DNA of 63,078 nucleotides, filler included, from Bipalium vagum (lineage: Eukaryota): NCBI GenBank assembly GCA_037834085.1. It is 3 parts of 3 records of this genome, joined end to end, with 100 filler letters (N's around TTAATTAATTAA, not from the genome) between each part and the next. Parts side by side here need not be neighbours in the genome. Positions count along the whole stretch, not along the records: positions 44,364 to 63,078 come from JBBMKC010021946.1; 2 more parts are not named here. One strand, 5' to 3'. Below are positions 55,303 to 63,078 of the stretch, one piece after another. Under the pieces are notes generated by a model that was not told the DNA's origin, did not search any database, and saw nothing but the letters and a program-made list of their open reading frames with translations. Made by a program: the position numbers and the translations under genes. Numbering within the stretch: position 1 is the first letter of the stretch; each line of letters starts with the position of its first letter.

Positions 55303-56971
55303 TAATAATAATAATAAATAATAATAATAATAATAAGTAACAATAATTAGTTACAAACAGTTTCTAAATTATATTATAATAAAAAGAAATTAATTTTTTA
55401 TTGTCACTTTTCTTACGACATTAAAAATAAAATCACTGATCTTCTAGAGATATGATTATCGCGTGACATCCTGAACGACAAGGATAGATAACACTTTAAA
55501 AAATCTAATCACTTTATTCAAACCACTTGGAAAAATTTTAATAAAATCAGAACAGAAACAATATGTACAGGTAAATAAAGTATTTATCAAGACTGTTCAA
55601 GGCCAAAGTTATAGATTACTGCTGGAATTCTAAGTAAAAGATTTTATACGGCTATTACAATTGTGAATATCCCTTATGATTATTTGTGCAGACTCTAATA
55701 TAATATTTGTAATAATAAAATAATATATCAAATATTATATGTTATGCATAAATAGATAAACTTTATTTCATTGGCATTTTGTAAAAATTAAAAACCAGAG
55801 ATTATTCTTGAGTATACATGAAATAAATGAGTATCGAAATAAATAATGAAGATAAGTAAAATAAAATTGGATTATAGTTTTATCTATTAATAGAGCAGTT
55901 TGAATCTTTTAAAATTGTTTTAACTTATGTTTTCATATTATTAAATTATGCTTTCAGACAAGCAAGACAGGTTTGAAATATATCACAAATACTGGCTGAA
56001 AAATCTCACTTATGTTAACCATAAAAAACAGACTTGATAATTTTAAAATCATCTTAGATTGATAAATTACAATATATTTTCGATATAATAACTCTTAGAT
56101 AAGAATATTTTAGCTGAAATATAGATAGAGAATAGCGAAATACCTAAATTTTACAAGTGGAAATGTTTAATAATAAAATTCATTTTTTTCAAATTTCTAT
56201 TTATAAATGTAAAATAAAATTTTAAAAATTGAGGTTTTGAAAATAAGTTCGTTTTTTATAAAATTCTTTTTAATCTTTGTTATGAGAATAGATTTATGAC
56301 TTCCAGACATAAATTTTCTTTTTATAAATTTTAAATTCCGTTTATTAATTTATTAATCCTCCAATATTAATCTATATTTCCTTTATAATTGATATACAAT
56401 AAAATATTGATTTTTGTATGTATTAATATTTTATTTTTAAACTGAAAAATAATTAATGATATTGGAAACTAATAATGTGGAACAAGTTATCTTAACAAAA
56501 GGAGCTTAAATCATAAGAAAACTTTTACAAACTGATTACCAAATATAAATTATAAATGATTTTATTAAAAAGAATTTCTTGGTAATCTTCTTTGTATCTT
56601 TTTATAAAATGTTCCTAATAGTTCAATAAATTTAAAAAGTTTACAGACATGTACTTTTTTTATTAGATTTGGCATAGCACTAAAAAGATAATGCAAATTA
56701 TAATATGAGGTTTCAAGATTTCTTTTAAACATATTTATTTTAATGGTACGGCAAAGAAGTAATATTTTTTGATCTCACTTCCAAAAATCATTATCACAGA
56801 TGCGTAATATTAAGTCTATTATTAATCTTTAAAAAATTTTATTACTATTTATTTATTGCAATATTTTATTACTATTTGCAATAAAGATACACTAATTTTA
56901 CATCGATTATAGTCAGAGATGTTTAATTGTAAACTAGTTTCTGTATAAAAGAATAGTCAACACTAGCAATT

Positions 56972-57034
<63 letters not shown>

Positions 57035-60000
57035 TTATCATTATTATTTTCAAGTTTCTGTTAAAATTTACTATGATAAATGTAATTTATTCCTTGTACA
57101 AAATAAATAAAAATTAACTGTAGAAATCGTAAAACATTAGTTTATATTAATTTAATTTATATATTTTTTTATTTATTTTAAGTTTTATTAATTTAATAAT
57201 GTTTATAAACTGAGGTGTGAGTTCAGCAATTACAATTTATTGAAATCGAAAAAATTATTGCCAAATAATTAATATTTTAAGAATAATCTATACATGAAAT
57301 GATAATCATACAAACATAAATTTAATACGTATTTTAATAAAAAAGCTCATACCCGACTTGCTTATGCAATTCACAGATTCTTATTAATAATTCATCAGTT
57401 TGTAAGGCTTTTGGAGCAAAGGGCATGTTTCTGATATATTCTATTCCACTGTGAACTTTAGGATCATAATCCCCAGCTTCTGATTGAACTGCATAAGCTC
57501 CAAGAAGAACAATTACATTAAAAGAAGCTGGCAATCTGTATGTTTTCACATTTAACTTTTAGTAATAAATTCAGAACTTTACTCACTTTCCTTCAACCAT
57601 GTCTTGTCGGACTTGCAAGCAAAAAAAATATTTTGTTAATTCTTCTTCCAAATCCTCAACATGTGGTGGATAAAATTTTACTTGAAAATCAAAAACCCAG
57701 TTATTTTCTAAAGATGTTGTCATTATAAAATAACCTCAAACGATAAATTTACTTCCAATTTGTTCTGATATCTTTTTATCCATATTGAGCCAGAACTAAA
57801 TAATAGCCAAATAACGATTAATAATAATAATTATTCTTATTATAATTATAAATAATAATAATAATTAATATTATTCTTATTACAATTATAAATAATAATA
57901 ATATTTTTAAATAAATAGCATTTAAAAAAAACAATAAAATAATAATAATTAAAATAAAATAAAAATAAAATAATTTTAAAAATAAAAAAAGAATTTATTT
58001 TAATCAATAAATAATATTTTTTAATATTAATATAATATTATTTTAAAAAAAATTTATTTTTAGTGAATTTATTAATTTAATTTGAAATTTTTTTTATAGA
58101 AGTTGATCTTTATGTCCTTATTTGTTATAAATTAAAATTAGTAAAACAGAAAGCATGAAATATTATTTTATATTAATAGTAATATAATAAAAATTTTATT
58201 TATTAATTATAATTACTATTTTTAAATCTATAAGTTAAAATTGGATGATCAAAAGAACACAAAACATAAAAATAAATTTGGAATGGTTTTGGTTTAATAT
58301 ATCACGAGATTCACAGACCTCAGCTTCCACATAGGTCCTCTCAATATCCAGGCTTTTCTTAGCTTATTAGCATTCATTGGTAATGTATCATGGTAATTAT
58401 TGTAACTGACAATATAAATTTTCATGAAAACCCTTCAAATGCGGATTAGAACATATAAAAATAAATAAATCTGAGTATTAATTTCCAACTTTAATTTAAA
58501 GTATACAGAACAGAAAAGGTACTGACTGCCATACAGAATTTATTTACATTAAATATTGTAAAAAGAAAATTCTTTCATTTGCAATTTTTAGTAAAAATTT
58601 ACATCAAGAAAACTTAAATTAACTTTCGTAAATAAAAGATAAATTTCGTGAAAAGAAAAATTCTAAATCACACTGTCAAAAAATATAAAATCAGGTGTAG
58701 CACAATAGTGTAAATATTTAAATAAATCATTTGTTCAAATACACAATGCACATTTTAGAGATTATTTTTGTCATAAAATACAATTGAAATCTTTAAAAAA
58801 TGAAACTACTCGTAATTTTATTATTTCAAGTGTTTTTAATGATTTTTAAAGTGTTACACATTTTAAGAAATGTGAAATTTAATTTTTTTCAAAAATACAC
58901 AAAAATTTAAAACAATATTTAATTGAACATTGCGCCAATATGGAATATCTTTTATAAATACAGACTCGATTCATATTTCACAGAAATAAATGTTTAAAAG
59001 AATTGAATTTTAGTTGTATGGAGAAAGAATTTGTGAAAAATAAATAATTATCATTCACAAAAAATTAAAATAAAATATGATAAATAATTTTTTTAAAAAA
59101 AGTTCAAACGTTCGGCTTAACCACCTATCCAATAGACGCCTTAAGCAATATGAGTAATTAAAAAGTTAATTAAATTATTGAAGAAGATATATTCGTCTGG
59201 TCAGATTCTTTTATTAGTTGATTGGAGTAGTGATATGTTTAAGACTTCAATCTTAAAAATAGAATATATTTTACATTGCATTGTTATTTAATTTGTCACA
59301 GTACTTATGAATATGTTGGAAGTGTTCTGCATACCATTATTGTTTGAGATAATGTTATAAAATCGATAAATGTCACTGAATAATTGTGATATTGGCTGTC
59401 TGTGTGTTGTGACTGTGACTTAGATCTCATCAGCGGCCAGCTAATCTGGTTGTAATTTAATCTTTACCAAGACATTCATTTTTCTATTAGAAAACATATG
59501 AAATGTAGACAAATGAAATTAACAAAGATCTGATGAGAACTTAGAGACCATAGATAGACTACTTACCCAAATTCTCAATGATTTATCAATGTACTTAATT
59601 CCAAAATACATTCTTTCATTGAGATCCAGTTGATCACAGACTCTTTCGAAAAGATGTTGACCTAATGATCCTGACTGAAATATAAATATTTATAATTTTA
59701 ATTATTTTAAATGGTTTATAATTTAAAATACATCAATCTCATAAGTTTCCTCAACTCCATCCAGCTTTGTCACTAAGCATTTTTCCATTTTTCCCGTTGG
59801 CTTATACTCGCTTGGCTTAGCACCTTTTCTTTGATAGGTGCCATAACGTTGACTGAGCGTATTATTACTTTGAAATTTGTTGAAATTTCCAGAATTTCGA
59901 TTAATTGAGGCATTGCTACCCATTCTTAGGCTTGCATAATACTCATGTTTTGGAAGCGCATGTGTCTCTTCAATTTGCCCATTATCTAATTCACGTCGAT

Positions 60001-60090
60001 GGACTTTCTTATCCTATATTAATATGCATGTTTAAAACTTATAAATCTTATAGTTTTTAAACTTACCAATGTCAGATTTTGAGAGCTCAT
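46730..60090 (-). CDS. Protein 4.1/Coracle-like FERM protein with two DDX1-type SPRY domains, an E/R-rich coiled coil and a 4.1-like C-terminal domain; 19 exons, ~1070 aa
   Basis: Exons 60067-60090, 59732-60013, 59567-59674, 57753-57795, 57587-57707, 57353-57535, 55166-55253, 52252-52502, 52017-52201, 51305-51501, 50903-51257, 50622-50860, 48150-48356, 47812-48018, 47695-47763, 47296-47649, 47066-47209, 46863-46925, 46730-46822 sum to 3213 nt in frame, all GT-AG. FERM motifs (GQHLFERVCDQLDL..YFGI, VKFYPP, LGAYAVQSEAGDYD, LGMYGVDMH, AKRLWKACVEHHTFFR); SPRY x2 (WxGCRxNKG..GKxYYE..DGLxRxGW..LxLG.D..GFGYG..GDVIGC..KWSKNG..FNFG); C-terminus EEDEILIKAILAVTKFNPDVMV. Confidence 0.9.
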
Positions 60091-60679
60091 TATAAAGAAA
60101 AATCTAAAAAGATTATATTTATAATTAATTTTAATAATTATAACTTTTAAATATTATTATTTACAATTAGAAATTATATTTCAAATAAATAAACTTCACC
60201 TTTTAATAAAATTATATATTTACCGTGTTTATCGCAAAAAAATTAATTAACACTTTAAGACTTAAGAAATGTAAGTGATATATTTAAACAATGGAAAATA
60301 AAATAAATTTTAAAGCTTTTGTTTTAAAATAACATTTTCTTAAGTTTGTACTTAAATTATTTAATAAATTTAAGAATTTTACTATTTAAGAAGAATTTTC
60401 ATTATAAAGGTAAGTTTTTTAAGCTTCAAAAAGTATAAAAATCCAGTTACCAGTGATATTTAATTAAATTATTATTTAAATCTGATAAGTAAAATGAAAA
60501 ACTTAAAATTTATTTTTAATTTTAATATATAATTAACTGAAACGCATCCTCAAATCTTTTAATTAAAATAAAACATCAAATTTAATGCAGATTAATAACT
60601 GATTGGAATAAATTTATATTTTAGATAAAGTTTAAAAATGTTAAAATTGACAAAATTTAACATTTAAAGGTTTAATTTT

Positions 60680-60989
60680 CCGATGAAGTAATTTTTCATA
60701 TCCTGAATGCTAAAAGGAATTTTGTACAGCGTCGCAATGGAATAAGTATCATTCTGATTGCATAACAGAGACGGTTAAACAATTTGCCTTTGTTTATGTC
60801 TGGTCATGTACTTCAAGTAAAGGCATGGGTTTTCTTAATACAATCTGGGACACACTTAAACAAGACCAGTACAAGAAAATTCTGAATTTTTACCCGTTAC
60901 CTCAACTAAAATTATGGTAAACAAATGGATAAGAATTATTTTTCATGCATGATTGAGCTTCATGCCATAAAGCCCAATCAGTTACAGAG
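60680..60989 (+). mobile_element. Tc1-like transposase internal fragment
   Basis: VYVWSCTSSKGMGFLNTIWDTLKQDQYKKIL..IFMHD*ASCHKAQSV, matching the Tc1 VMVWG..QDNAPCH pattern. Confidence 0.75.
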
Positions 60990-63020
60990 TTAGAAGACCT
61001 AATGCAGTGACCGAAAGACAAGCATTCCCAATGCCAAACGTTGACGAAGTGTTAGATGAGTTAGTTGGAGCACATTATTTAAACTCAATTGACCTGGGTA
61101 CTTCTTATTATCAAGTTGAATTGGACAAAAATTAGCAAGAAAAGACTGCTTTTTCTACAAAAATGGACAGTGCTGTTTTAATACAATGCTATTTGACATT
61201 GCAGTGGCACCAGGAACGTTTCAAGAGGTAATGACAAAGGTCATCGATAAAATCAATGGACCTATGGTATATCTAGATGATATTCTGGTTTTCACGAGCA
61301 GTTTGGAAAGACATTACAATGCCTTAAATCAGGTTTTGATGAGCATCACAGAATCTGGCTTAAGAATTAATCTCAAGAAATGCCAATTATTATTAATATT
61401 AAAGGACAAAGTCAAATTCTTCGGCCATATTGTAAACAAAAACGGTGTTCTGACAGATCAATCAAAAAAAGATTCTATCCAAACATTTACGCAACCAAAA
61501 TGTGTTAAAAACCTGAGGAGCTTTTTGGGTATCTGCAATTACTATAGACGATTTATAAACGGGTATGCACAGAAAGCAAAAGCTATGGAACAATTATGCA
61601 GAATTAATAATAAGAAATTTATTTGGACACCAGAAGTAAATGAGGTTTTTGAAGAACTAAGTATATCCTGCCCAATATTATGCTTTCCAGATATGAATAA
61701 AGAATTCATTCTTGATACTGATGCGAGTTTCGACACAATTGGGGCAGTTTTGTCACAGAAAGATTCAAATGGACATGAAAGAGTGGTAGCATATGGCTCG
61801 TATTCAATGAATGCTCATGAAAAAGATTACTGTGTAATACGGAAAGAGCTGCTGGCTATGTATTACTTCTGTAACCATTATTCATATGGGAAACGGTTCA
61901 CATTATGTACGGATCATAAAGCAATAATCTTTATGATAGAAACAAAAAAACCAATTACTTCACAATTTCAAACGTGGATCAATTATCTCAGTAGTCTAGA
62001 CATGAGACTAGAATACAGGAAAGGAATCGCACATTCAAATGTAGACATGCTTTCGAGACTGAAGTGTGATACATGATCACAATGTCAAACACAGCATGAA
62101 GAACCAAAATTGGGAAGAGTTCGAACAAAGATTTTAGACGTGGTAACAATAGAAAGGCATCAGTTAGCGGAAAGAATTAAAAGGTGCGAAGATAAGACGT
62201 TTCAAGATATCGTTTGGTCGGCTCATCATATGCTGGCACATGCTGGAGCTGAAAAAGTTGTGTATTATATGAAAGACAAGTGCTCAATTCCAATTTTGAA
62301 GGAAAAAGCTCAGGAGATAAATAAAACCTGTGGAGTTTGTCAGAGATATAAAGTTTTCACAACGAGGACCAAGGAATTGGTACAGAAAGTAGAAGCGTCA
62401 GAACTTTTTGAAGACATATATCTAGATATATGTGGGCCTTTAAGAGAAACTACCGGAAGAAAAAAATATATCCTTGGTATTATAGATAAATATAGCAAAT
62501 ATATTTCTTTGACAGCGATTGTAAAACAAGATGAAAGCTCCGTGCAAAAGATAATTATGAATAATTGGATACTGAAGTTTGGAAATCCAAAAGCGTGACA
62601 TGCAGATTGTAGTAAATTGTTTGAATCTAAAAGCATGAGGGATTTTGCAGAGAGAGTTAATGCCAATCTCTTTTTTACGAGTCCATACCATCACAACACA
62701 AATGGCCAAATAGAAAGACAATTTAGAACCGTGCGCGATTTGTTGAACGCAACTTTAAGTGAAAGAGAGACAAATGACTGGGCCGACATCCTGCTGGAAG
62801 TAGAATTTCCTCTCAATTCTACAGAAAAGAATTAAAATAAGTTCGGCTGAAATGGTGTTTGGTAGAAAGATCTCCAGAAATAGAATATAAAAGGCCGCTG
62901 AGAAACAGATTTCAAAAACAAAAAGAAAATATAAAGAGGACATTTGCCGTAGGAGAATAAGTGCTAGTGAAGGCCGAAACTCGAGGAAAAGAAAATGAAA
63001 GATATTGGGTTGTGGAATAA
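60990..63020 (+). mobile_element. Decayed Ty3/gypsy LTR-retrotransposon pol (RT-RNase H-integrase), 5' truncated
   Basis: NAVTERQAFPMPNVDEVLDEL..IDL..YYQV, YLDDILV, LRSFLGICNYYRRFI, FILDTDAS..GAVLSQ, KELLA..TDHKAI, HHCC zinc finger (H-HMLAH-AG..CGVCQ), integrase core (LDICGP, PYHHNTNGQIER). RT-RH-IN order; stops and frameshifts. Confidence 0.95.
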
Positions 63021-63078
63021 GTTCTGCATTATTTTTAAATAATAAAGTTTATACAAAATTTTCTCAAATAATTATTAA

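Noticed and set aside
59415-59545. CTGATGAG motifs on both strands (also ~50117) as hammerhead ribozyme or C/D snoRNA
   Set aside because: No stem II followed by GAAA, no stems I/III and no suitably placed D box.

Overview
AT-rich, intron-dense eukaryotic DNA with many 40-60 bp GT-AG introns, (AAT)n microsatellites and many Tc1/mariner relics. This is consistent with an invertebrate such as a planarian flatworm (inference only). The window is three contigs joined by artificial 100-bp spacers (44 N + TTAATTAATTAA + 44 N at 20849-20948 and 44264-44363), so gene order across the joins cannot be trusted. Manual exon stitching gives: the 5' end of an unknown divergent gene (1-186, -); a complete 10-exon GPI (663-3841, +); a complete 10-exon micro-exon IFT43 gene that the ORF track misses (7020-11862, +); a 5'-truncated STIL/Ana2/SAS-5 centriole gene (13172-20744, -); a 5'-truncated SBF1/2 (MTMR5/13) pseudophosphatase (about 22146-43666, -); and a complete 19-exon, ~1070-aa protein 4.1/Coracle-like gene carrying two tandem DDX1-type SPRY domains between its FERM and 4.1 C-terminal domains (46730-60090, -). 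Mobile DNA includes two full-length decayed mariners with TIRs and TA duplications, several Tc1/mariner fragments, a hAT fragment, a pogo-like MITE, a tRNA-derived Pol III element and a decayed Ty3/gypsy pol. There are also two diverged ~725-bp solo-LTR-like elements with hairpin clusters, a CCAAT/TATA promoter and a splice donor. The most interesting signals are the FERM-SPRY-SPRY chimera and this structured LTR-like family, one copy of which sits just upstream of IFT43. No CRISPR or prokaryotic system was seen.
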